Source: Candidatus Scalinduaceae bacterium (GTDB lineage Bacteria > Planctomycetota > Brocadiia > Brocadiales > Scalinduaceae). From it: a stretch of DNA of 21,718 bases. The notes beneath the pieces are model-generated. The model was not told where the DNA came from, ran no database searches, and saw only the letters and a program-made list of their open reading frames with translations. Location of the stretch: assembly GCA_046759445.1 (NCBI GenBank), contig JBHICG010000060.1, positions 1 to 21,718 of the forward strand. The letters are read 5' to 3'. The translations under genes and the position numbers were made by a program. This document shows, piece by piece, positions 1-7,295 of this stretch (its first letter is position 1; each line of letters begins with the position of its first letter).

Positions 1-2
1 AC

Positions 3-1028
3 GACGAAAAGGGAGGCGTCATCTGTGATTTTTGCCATTCTGTCAGGGCAACGACAGGGGTTGGGAATGCACCTTATATTTTAAGTCCTGGTAATGCCGT
101 TGCAATGGATGGAGGCACTAAATACGGCCCCTTTGACGATTCTCCTGATACGATACATAAAAATCAATTTTCTGAGTTACATACACGCTCTGAATTCTGT
201 GGAGGTTGTCACGATGTATCACATGCAGGAAATGACCTTCCTATCGAACAAACTTATACCGAATGGCGACAAGGGCCATACAACACAGGCGATCCTGATA
301 CATCCGTACACTGTCAGGACTGCCATATGAGACAACGCCCCGGCTTTCCCTGTACCGGAAGTACAGAACGACCTGACAATCCAGGTTTCGCAACCCCTGA
401 AATTATGGGTGGCAAAAAGCGTCCGCATATATGGACACATTATTTTGTAGGTGGAAGCGCTGTCCCAATCTCCCTGCCGCCTAATTCAGAATTACAGCCA
501 CAGATGGCAGTAGAAAGGCTTAAAAATGCTGCAACCCTGGAAATCCATACGGATTCTAATGTTCAAAAAGGTGGTATACTGCAATTTCATGTGACCATAA
601 AGAATACGGGAGCAGGTCATTATCTTCCAACTGGTCTCACTGAGATGAGACAAATGTGGCTTGAGGTCTCTGTTACTGATTCAGAAGGTAAGTCATTGTA
701 TAATAGTGGTACAGTTGATGAAGAAGGAAAGGTTGACACCAATGCTATAATATACCACACAGTTTTTGGCAATGAAAAAGGAGAACCTACTTTACGTGTG
801 TGGGAAGCAACCCATGTTATTTCGGATATTCGTGTTCCTCCGAAGGGTAAAAAGGAAGAACAGTTCACCTGTCTGATACCGAATGACATAAAAACTCCGA
901 TAAAGATAAAGGCTATATTAAATTATCGCAGCGCACCTCAGTATGTTGTAAATACCTTTTTGGGGGAAAAGGCAATAAAACTTCCCATAATCAAAATGAC
1001 AGAGTTATCAAAGGAAGTTAATTTATAG
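3..1028 (+). CDS. Multiheme c-type cytochrome (5'-partial; starts before the window)
   Basis: The frame of ORF 105..1028 is open back to position 3 (DEKGGVICDFCHSVRATTG...). Three CxxCH heme motifs lie in the window (CDFCH, CGGCH, CQDCH), followed by a C-terminal beta-rich domain with NTGAGHYLPTG, typical of c554/c552-like multiheme proteins. Confidence 0.9.
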   Translation, partial: DEKGGVICDFCHSVRATTGVGNAPYILSPGNAVAMDGGTKYGPFDDSPDTIHKNQFSELHTRSEFCGGCHDVSHAGNDLPIEQTYTEWRQGPYNTGDPDTSVHCQDCHMRQRPGFPCTGSTERPDNPGFATPEIMGGKKRPHIWTHYFVGGSAVPISLPPNSELQPQMAVERLKNAATLEIHTDSNVQKGGILQFHVTIKNTGAGHYLPTGLTEMRQMWLEVSVTDSEGKSLYNSGTVDEEGKVDTNAIIYHTVFGNEKGEPTLRVWEATHVISDIRVPPKGKKEEQFTCLIPNDIKTPIKIKAILNYRSAPQYVVNTFLGEKAIKLPIIKMTELSKEVNL

Positions 1029-1246
1029 AAGGTGGGCAACCCAAACTCATGCAAATTACATCAGAGCGATGAGAAAACAATTCACCAATCAAGATACGCC
1101 CCCTATCCAGCCTCTAATTAATCTATTTGTGTCGAGTGGCGACATGTGATCACATTTCTGCCTTGTTTTTTTATACCTTTGCGCTAAAATGCATTTTTTA
1201 TATTTTCATCTAACTGATAGAAGGTATTTTACCGGGAGCTACGAAG

Positions 1247-2171
1247 ATGTATCGAAAGGACATTAAGGTTTTGGATTGCACCATCAGAGATGGCGGTCTG
1301 ATTAACAATTACCATTTTTCTATAGATTTTGTTAAAGCCGTATATAGCGCTGCCTGTGAATCCCGTGTCGATATTATGGAAATCGGTAAGAAACTCTGTG
1401 AAAGTGATGAATATACGAGGGAAAAATATGGCAAATGGAACTTTTGTAATGATGATATCAAGCAAGTAGTTGAATCCCATGAGTGTGAAAACCCGCCACT
1501 TCTGGCTGTGATGTATGATGTGGGCAGAGTAGATGTTTCATCACTGCTTCCTGAGGATCAAAGCGCTGTTGGAATGGTCCGTACAGCCTGTTATGTTCCC
1601 GATATCGATAAGGGGCTGGATCTGGCAAAACGCAACCAAGGATCTTGGTTATCAAACCACCATCAACATTATGGCGTCCTCAGCAGCAATAGAAACTGAA
1701 CTGATTGAAGCCCTGCAACAGGTTAATGAAACAACGGAAGTGGATTATCTCTACCTGGTAGATAGCTATGGAGCATTCTATTCAGAGCAGGTAACCGACT
1801 ATCTGAAACTTTATAAAGAGCATGCTCCTAACAAGGAACTTGGATTCCATGCCCACAACAACCAGCAACTGGCCTTTGCAAATACCCAGCAGGCCATTAT
1901 CGATGGCGTTAATATGCTGGACGCAACCATAAACGGTCTCGGCCGTGGCGCCGGCAACTGTAATCTGGAGCTTCTGCTTAATTTCCTGAAAAATCCAAAG
2001 TTTGATGTCAGACCGATATATAAGGTGATTGAGTGGGGTTTTAATGATATCTATGGAATCAGCGGCCACCTGAATCAGCATCCGCGGGATGCAATGAAAC
2101 AGCGGGCCAACGCTGAAACCAGAGACAACTGTTACGATTTTTTGATGGAGGCCACTTCCGAGGAATTCTAG
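1247..2171 (+). pseudogene. HMGL-like (DRE-TIM) aldolase, 4-hydroxy-2-oxovalerate aldolase-like, frameshifted
   Basis: The N-half (ORF 1247..1699) has DCTIRDGG. The C-half (ORF 1533..2171) has HAHNN and GRGAGN. Removing one A at 1634-1635 (cgc a acc aag) joins LDLAKR to TKDLGY. A sequencing error cannot be excluded. Confidence 0.85.
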
Positions 2172-2195
2172 GGATATTATTCCCAATTTTGCCAG

Positions 2196-2218
2196 TTAAG
2201 TATTGTGTCCCCGGAATT
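2196..2218. repeat. Possible orphan end motif of a Y1/RAYT-type element (ttaagtattgtgtccccggaatt)
   Basis: GC-rich motif at the border between the higher-GC aldolase segment and AT-rich DNA. It resembles ends I recall from RAYT-like elements. Single copy in the window. Confidence 0.3.
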
Positions 2219-2471
2219 ATAAAATGAAAAAAATGTGAATATAAAGACTCTTTTTAACAACTTCCCAAATTAAGTTTTAATATCATTCCTTTTAAACACA
2301 TTGTTCTCCAAATGTTTTACCCTGTCTTGTATATGGCAATCACATGTAGCTAAAACTTTGAAGCTATAGACCTATAAGTACTTAAGGAGCGTAATCATTA
2401 CTTTTTACTCTTTAAATATCATTGACAATAATGACAAAAGTCAAGTTTTTCAATTTTTTTTATTTCTACTA

Positions 2472-2499
2472 TTGAATTTTTTTATTTATGTTATATAAT
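2472..2499 (+). promoter_or_regulatory. Putative sigma70 promoter
   Basis: TTGAAT (2472-2477), 16-nt spacer, TATAAT (2494-2499). The AT-rich context lowers specificity. Confidence 0.45.
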
Positions 2500-2521
2500 T
2501 AACGTAAATAATGGGCACCAG

Positions 2522-2720
2522 ACTGGGAGGCTCATTATCATTGTTTAATTTAGAAGTATAAGTAAATCCCTGTAAGGGACATCGAAGTAAATCAACTCTT
2601 TTAAATAGGCGTTTTGCTATGCAGTTGTTATAAGCCTCCCAGTTAATATATAAAAGGCTTAGACACATGACAGAAGCAATTAATATCCCTTTTGTTTAGT
2701 GTGTATAAGCCTGTTTTTTT
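2522..2720 (+). ncRNA. Candidate structured leader / small RNA ending in an intrinsic terminator
   Basis: An 11-bp perfect stem actgggaggct (2522-2532)/agcctcccagt (2633-2643) encloses hairpins at 2567-2579 and 2593-2627. It is followed by a long hairpin 2655-2712 and T7 (2714-2720). Confidence 0.4.
2655..2720 (+). terminator. Putative intrinsic terminator upstream of the 2802 ORF
   Basis: aggcttagacaca (2655-2667) pairs with tgtgtataagcct (2700-2712) at 12/13, with inner gacagaag/cttttgtt pairing via G-U, then a T-tract. Confidence 0.5.
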
Positions 2721-2801
2721 ATGTCTCACGGACTGCCTCAATACTTTTTATCTTATCTATTTCTACAACAACAGAATTGGATATAATCCATGGTTAAAAG
2801 A

Positions 2802-3086
2802 ATGTCTAACAAAGAAAAAATTCAGAAGAAGGCTGATGAAGCGGCTGCAGGAATAAAAGAGAAAATGGAAAAGAAGGATAAGAAAACAACATCCCGCAAG
2901 AAAGCAACCAAAGCTAAAGATCGGCAAAAAATCGTTTGGAAGGTTTTCAATGACAGCTTTAAGGAAGTGGATTGCTTTCCCTATACGGAAAAGGTCAAAG
3001 CTTATTCAAGAGCGGATGAACTTACCCAAACAAAAAACAAGAATTACTTTGTAAATGAGGTAAGAGTACCCATGGTAGAGGAGTAA
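2802..3086 (+). CDS. Small Lys-rich hypothetical protein (resembles a conserved planctomycete protein); alternative start 2790
   Basis: Open ORF with a basic low-complexity N-terminus and a C-terminal RQKIVWKVFN...F.Y.EK..A...A..L...YFV..V.VP pattern. Confidence 0.75.
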   Translation: MSNKEKIQKKADEAAAGIKEKMEKKDKKTTSRKKATKAKDRQKIVWKVFNDSFKEVDCFPYTEKVKAYSRADELTQTKNKNYFVNEVRVPMVEE

Positions 3087-3195
3087 GCACGAATAGGCAT
3101 TTATAAAACTACCCCTTAGTTACGGAATACCTACCCTGACAGTCTTACCAGTTAATAGGTTAATAGTTAAAGTTAATAGCGACTATTTATTATTT

Positions 3196-3225
3196 GGTGG
3201 GTCTGCTCCGCCTGGCCCACCCTAC
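3196..3225 (-). repeat. GTAG-type REP-like palindrome between convergent genes
   Basis: The minus strand reads GTAG-ggtgggccaggcggagcagacccacc: a GTAG foot plus a GC-rich hairpin (ggtggg/cccacc). Confidence 0.65.
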
Positions 3226-3279
3226 AGTACCGCAATAAGTATCTCTTCACAAAAACAGTCCCTAATTTCTACTAATTTC

Positions 3280-4194
3280 CTATTTTTGATACCTGTACAA
3301 ATCCTTATACAAAATCTGCACAAATTGATCAGGAGTCAAAAATCCATGACCCCATTTCTCGTCAAACCCTTGTGTAGGTTTAGATGCCTGAATCTCTTTT
3401 AGGGTTTTTCCTTCCGATATATGTTTGCTGACTTTATCTCTCAGACTGATCAGCATATCAATATAACCTGTCAATTCTGCCTTATTTGACAAAGGGCCAT
3501 GTCCGGGTATAACTTTTGTATCATCATTTATAATTGAAAGGACGTTTTTTGCAGCATTGATCACGCCACTTACTGATCCATGTGAAGATGTATCAATAAA
3601 TGGATAAATGCCTGCAAAATAAACATCACCTGTATGTATCACGTTTGAGTTTCGGAAATAAACAATTGCATCACCATCAGTATGGGCATTATTCACATGA
3701 AAGACATGAATTTCTTCTTCGTTTAGGTGAAATTTTATATCCCTGGTAAATGTTATTATGGGCAATGCGATCTTTGATGATGCGGGAATTTTTTTTTGAA
3801 AAAATTCTATAAATTGATCCGTACTCATCCGATTCCGAACGTTTTCGTGGGCAACAATAACAGAACCCATTTCCCCCATATTTTCATTTCCTCCAACGTG
3901 GTCAAAATGCCAGTGCGTGTTGATCACGAACCGAATATCTTTATCACTGATTTCCCCAATTGCGGCCTTAATCTTCTCTGTCAGCGGTGCGAACTGATCG
4001 TCCACCAGAAAGACATCATCATCACCAGTACAAACGCCGATGTTACCACCGCTTCCCAAAAGCATATGTACATTTCCTGCTGCTTTTACGATCTTAATCT
4101 GGACCTTATCAAAATCCTGATCTTGACCGAAAACGACAGAAACCGTTAATAACAAAAGTACGAAATACGATATAACAATTCGACCGTAATACAC
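3280..4194 (-). CDS. Secreted metallo-beta-lactamase-fold hydrolase (cyclase-like)
   Basis: THWHFDH metal motif, AHTDGD, HTGD and IPGHG motifs; N-terminal signal peptide; GTG start with AGGAGG SD (4201-4206). Confidence 0.9.
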   Translation of the reverse strand: MYYGRIVISYFVLLLLTVSVVFGQDQDFDKVQIKIVKAAGNVHMLLGSGGNIGVCTGDDDVFLVDDQFAPLTEKIKAAIGEISDKDIRFVINTHWHFDHVGGNENMGEMGSVIVAHENVRNRMSTDQFIEFFQKKIPASSKIALPIITFTRDIKFHLNEEEIHVFHVNNAHTDGDAIVYFRNSNVIHTGDVYFAGIYPFIDTSSHGSVSGVINAAKNVLSIINDDTKVIPGHGPLSNKAELTGYIDMLISLRDKVSKHISEGKTLKEIQASKPTQGFDEKWGHGFLTPDQFVQILYKDLYRYQK

Positions 4195-4406
4195 AAAACA
4201 CCTCCTGAAAAATAGCTACTGAAAAACGGTATGGAATCTCTTGAATTAATGATCAGTTAATATAATACTTGACAGATGTTTGCCTTAGGTGAATAGATCA
4301 GGTTATTCCCTTTCTTATAATTACCTAATCTTGTCAATAAAAAAAGTTGCTATCCCTATTATTCCCCCAACTCCTACACAACTGTTATTCCAAACCCTTT
4401 GCTTTG

Positions 4407-4831
4407 TGTCATTCCGAACGGAGAGAGGAATCTTTACCACTCCAAACTTAAATCCTTCCAGTTTGGATTCATCTGATTTACTAATTGATTTTTCTTCTCC
4501 CTTCGCCATTTCTTTATCTCTTTCTCTCTAGCAAGTGCAGCTATTACATCATGCGTTTCTTCATAATAAACAAGCTTGTTAATGTTATATCTATTGGTAA
4601 ATCCTTTGACTAGTTTACTTTTATGTTCATAAATGCGACGTACCAGGTTATTAGTAACCCCCACATACATGACCTTATTATTCCAATTTGTTATCAAGTA
4701 AATATAATATCTTTTCTCTGTGGTCATTAAAGATGTCTCTCTTCGGTAGAGACAAGGATCTCTCCCCTCGGACAGGACTAAGATTTCTCGCAAGTTCCCT
4801 TACTTCGTTCGGGACTTGGCTCGAAATGACA
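4407..4831. mobile_element. GIY-YIG nuclease cassette bounded by inverted TGTCATT...AATCT repeats
   Basis: Left arm tgtcattccgaac-ggaga-gaggaatct (4407-4433) abuts the stop codon. Right arm agatttctc...gctcgaaatgaca (4781-4831) is its imperfect reverse complement with a hairpin inserted. Confidence 0.6.
4434..4727 (-). CDS. Stand-alone GIY-YIG nuclease family protein (97 aa)
   Basis: YYIY...MYVGVT motifs, conserved Arg (NLVRRIYEH) and Glu (AREKEIK). The start is placed at ATG 4727 because the longer track start reads through repeat hairpins. Confidence 0.9.
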   Translation of the reverse strand: MTTEKRYYIYLITNWNNKVMYVGVTNNLVRRIYEHKSKLVKGFTNRYNINKLVYYEETHDVIAALAREKEIKKWRREKKNQLVNQMNPNWKDLSLEW

Positions 4832-4892
4832 TTGTGATGGCATTCTTTTCCGCCTGGACCCTCCAGAACTACTTTAGCTATTAGAGCTATTA

Positions 4893-4916
4893 GGGTCAGA
4901 CCTTGAAAGCAGAATA
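4893..4916 (+). repeat. Terminal inverted repeat (left); encodes the last codons YSAFKV* of the transposase
   Basis: 24/24 match to the reverse complement of 5910-5933. Confidence 0.95.
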
Positions 4917-5870
4917 CGCAATCTTCTCTATTCTCTCTCCAAGATCCTTTTGTTTTTTCCTTTGTGTACTTACACGCAAAGCCGCTTTATTCACTGCGCT
5001 TAAACTTACTCCAAATATCTCTCCAATCGCTTTATTCTTCAACCCTGTATACATTTTTAATATATACATACCAACATCTCTGGCTTCAAACGATATATGC
5101 CTCTTTCTTTGTAATAACGTTGGCTTTTCCATTTTATAATTACGTATTACCTCTTCTATTACCCTGTTAATCACTCCATCATCGCTTATTCTCTTTTTTT
5201 GTGGTAAGTCTACGTCATTTTTCTCTTTTCGATCTATAAATTTCTTTTGCACCCAACCCACAAACTTATCACCTCCCAGGATCATTCCATACTTTACATC
5301 AGCCAGAAAATCCTTTTCCTTACCGGATACTTCCCGAATTAATTTCCTATATTCTTTTCTCGAATCTTGTATGTTTTTACCGAAACCATCCAATACAGCT
5401 TCACTATTTACCCATTTATGTACTTTCCTGGCGCTAACATAATCGTGATAGCTGCTCCACTTATACTTACTCAGTTTCTCAATTATACCAGCTCTTAGTG
5501 GATTTAAATGTATATAGAAACTTAACATATGCCAATAAGATTCTTCTCCAACAACAATGCTCTTGTATCTCCCCTGAAATAGGTGACCACTACGTTTATG
5601 CTCACGATTGTAATAAATACTATAAGCGGTCTGTATCCATTGCATGGTTCTTGAAAGATTTGGCTCATTTGTTCGTATAAGCATATGATAATGATTACTC
5701 ATCAAAACAAATGCAAATATATCTAAACCAAATTTCTCTCTAGCTTTTTCTACATATTCTAAAAATTTGGAATAATCTTCATTGGTAAGAAAGATTTTTC
5801 CACTACCAACACCTCTTGACATTATGTGATAGATTGCACCTTCATATTGTATTCTCCAAGGCCGTGCCAT
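4896..5870 (-). CDS. Y1 (IS200/RAYT-like) tyrosine transposase with C-terminal DnaA-domain-IV-like HTH
   Basis: MARPWR...YHIMSRG, HUH motif (LMSNHYHML), HLFQGRYKS, catalytic Tyr in YIHLNPLRAG, and YKWSSY. The C-terminal ARDVGMYIL...GLKNKAIGEIFGVSLSAV is HTH-like. Likely start is ATG 5870. Confidence 0.92.
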   Translation of the reverse strand: MARPWRIQYEGAIYHIMSRGVGSGKIFLTNEDYSKFLEYVEKAREKFGLDIFAFVLMSNHYHMLIRTNEPNLSRTMQWIQTAYSIYYNREHKRSGHLFQGRYKSIVVGEESYWHMLSFYIHLNPLRAGIIEKLSKYKWSSYHDYVSARKVHKWVNSEAVLDGFGKNIQDSRKEYRKLIREVSGKEKDFLADVKYGMILGGDKFVGWVQKKFIDRKEKNDVDLPQKKRISDDGVINRVIEEVIRNYKMEKPTLLQRKRHISFEARDVGMYILKMYTGLKNKAIGEIFGVSLSAVNKAALRVSTQRKKQKDLGERIEKIAYSAFKV

Positions 5871-5909
5871 AATCCACATTGTTAATCAAATATTGTAGCA
5901 TGTCAAGTA

Positions 5910-5933
5910 TATTCTGCTTTCAAGGTCTGACCC
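5910..5933 (-). repeat. Terminal inverted repeat (right)
   Basis: 24/24 match to the reverse complement of 4893-4916. Confidence 0.95.
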
Positions 5934-6486
5934 CATTTATCATTTCAATGTGAGTATTACAACCTGCAGATGTTAGTAAATTTATTAAAGCATGCTGGTA
6001 AAGGCGTTCAAAGAATGATGCTACATCAGCAATAAAAACATGTGAATATTTTCCTCCTTTGCAGTAAGCCAGTATTTTATTTCCCGAAAAACACTCACTT
6101 GCTGGTTTGAACATAAAACCTTCAGGATCATTTAACAAAATGGGATAACTAAACACATAATTTCTATTTAAAGCCTTTTCAGATGTTTCAGCAATATTAT
6201 CGACAGCAAGTTGATAAGCTAATCTTTCATAAGGCCAAAGAATTGACCCTGGCCTAGTAAATCCTGACGCCTTTGGAACTTCAATAGTAATAGGTAGTCG
6301 AGGATCGTAGCTCCCGCTATTAAGTTTACTAATTAATCTTTCAAAAAGTTCATCGGAGGCCAGATGAAATATTGATGTTACATGAGGTGAATAAATGAGA
6401 TCTGATTGCAAATCATTCCTTATTCTTTTGATTGAGAGATCTTTGACAAATTGATCTGTTACTTGCTTTTCTATACCAATCGACAA
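5920..6486 (-). pseudogene. 3'-truncated reverse transcriptase (non-intron, Abi/UG defence-type-like)
   Basis: RT motifs IEVPK-x2-GFTRPGSIL-x2-YERLAYQ and FIADVASFFERL are present, but the QG and YxDD motifs are absent. The frame runs into the TIR (GVRP*). Probable TTG start at 6486 with AGGAG SD 9 nt upstream. Confidence 0.8.
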
Positions 6487-6730
6487 TTTTCTTATCTCCT
6501 TTGCTACCTGAATTATCCTAGGCAATAAAGAAACTAAAGGGACGAAGGGTCAGTTTACTAACTAAATATATAATTTCAATGTAATATCTGGTTTTACAAA
6601 TTTAATTGACAAGAACAGAATAATTCTATTTTGTTTTTATCTTATTTTCTTATCAATTTCTTCGCAATCTTTATATTCAATGCCATTAGGGAGCGTACCT
6701 TAACATTTGACATTTTGAATTTGAATATTG

Positions 6731-7042
6731 CTATTTCATAAGAGAGTGGATACGTTTGACATCAGTCAAAGCCTTTTCTGTGGGAACGAGTGGTGTTATC
6801 TCGATATCGGTAAAGAATGGAAATAGTGGCAGGTTTGTTATGATCTGGTCAAGTTCCTCATTCGAATCGGCTTCAAAGATGGCGGCGGCCCCTCTGCTTC
6901 CAGCCAGTTTCCCCCCCGCAAGGATCTTGCCCCTTTTCCTCATCCTTATAAAATATTCCCACTCCTTGACAACAAACCCTAAAAAATCCTTAACTGGAAT
7001 TTCGGGTATTTTTTTTATTTGAACCTTAACTAAAAAGATCAT
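6731..7042 (-). CDS. Muconolactone delta-isomerase / YciI-like dimeric alpha-beta barrel protein
   Basis: About 100 aa, with MIFLVK...GKI...G...AAIFEADSNEELDQIITNLPLFPF...IEITPL pattern; AAGGAG SD upstream. Confidence 0.75.
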   Translation of the reverse strand: MIFLVKVQIKKIPEIPVKDFLGFVVKEWEYFIRMRKRGKILAGGKLAGSRGAAAIFEADSNEELDQIITNLPLFPFFTDIEITPLVPTEKALTDVKRIHSLMK

Positions 7043-7070
7043 TCCTAATGGCTCCTTTCCGTCTTATTAA

Positions 7071-7287
7071 ACCACAGAGAACACAGAGATAAAAGCAAAA
7101 GAATTTTTAGCCACTGACTAACACAGACGTATACATACTTAGAAAAAGAAAAAAATCCTGAACGAGGATTTTTAAAAATGTTAGACAGGATAACTGGATA
7201 AAGAAGATATTTAAAAATCCAGTTTATCTTGTTATTCCTGTCAAAATAGACAGAACTATCTGTGTATATCTGCGAAAATCTGTGTCC
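7071..7287. repeat. Nested periodic inverted repeats and hairpins (gene-less GxxExxY-type arms)
   Basis: Components: accacagagaacacagag (7071-7088); ccactgacta-acacagacgt-atacatac (7111-7138) inverted to atctgtgtat-atctgcgaaa-atctgtgtcc (7258-7287); a 9-bp hairpin at 7151-7173; gacaggataactggataaagaagat (7184-7208) inverted to atccagtttatcttgttattcctgtc (7217-7242). Confidence 0.7.
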
Positions 7288-7295
7288 TATTTAAT

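Larger units (their letters stand above)
4893..5933 (-). mobile_element. Y1/HUH transposase element with perfect 24-bp terminal inverted repeats
   Basis: gggtcagaccttgaaagcagaata (4893-4916) is the exact reverse complement of tattctgctttcaaggtctgaccc (5910-5933). The two repeats enclose a single transposase gene. Confidence 0.85.

Noticed and set aside
1144..1155. atgtgatcacat palindrome as a CRP/FNR site
   Set aside because: The half-sites lack the required spacer, and a single short palindrome cannot be assigned.
1620..1640. Programmed frameshift in the aldolase
   Set aside because: No convincing slippery heptamer or stimulatory structure; mutation or sequencing error is simpler.
2560..2590. 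c-di-GMP-I riboswitch
   Set aside because: Only a superficial gtaaa-stem-GNRA-ggga similarity; the CGCAAAG junction and second-stem features are missing.
4728..4793. Track N-terminal extension of the GIY-YIG ORF
   Set aside because: It overlaps repeat hairpins, and the family domain starts at MTTEKRYY.
5920..6525. RT as a group II intron, retron or DGR
   Set aside because: No intron domain V/VI, msr-msd-like inverted repeats or TR/VR pair were found nearby, and the fragment lacks diagnostic C-terminal motifs.
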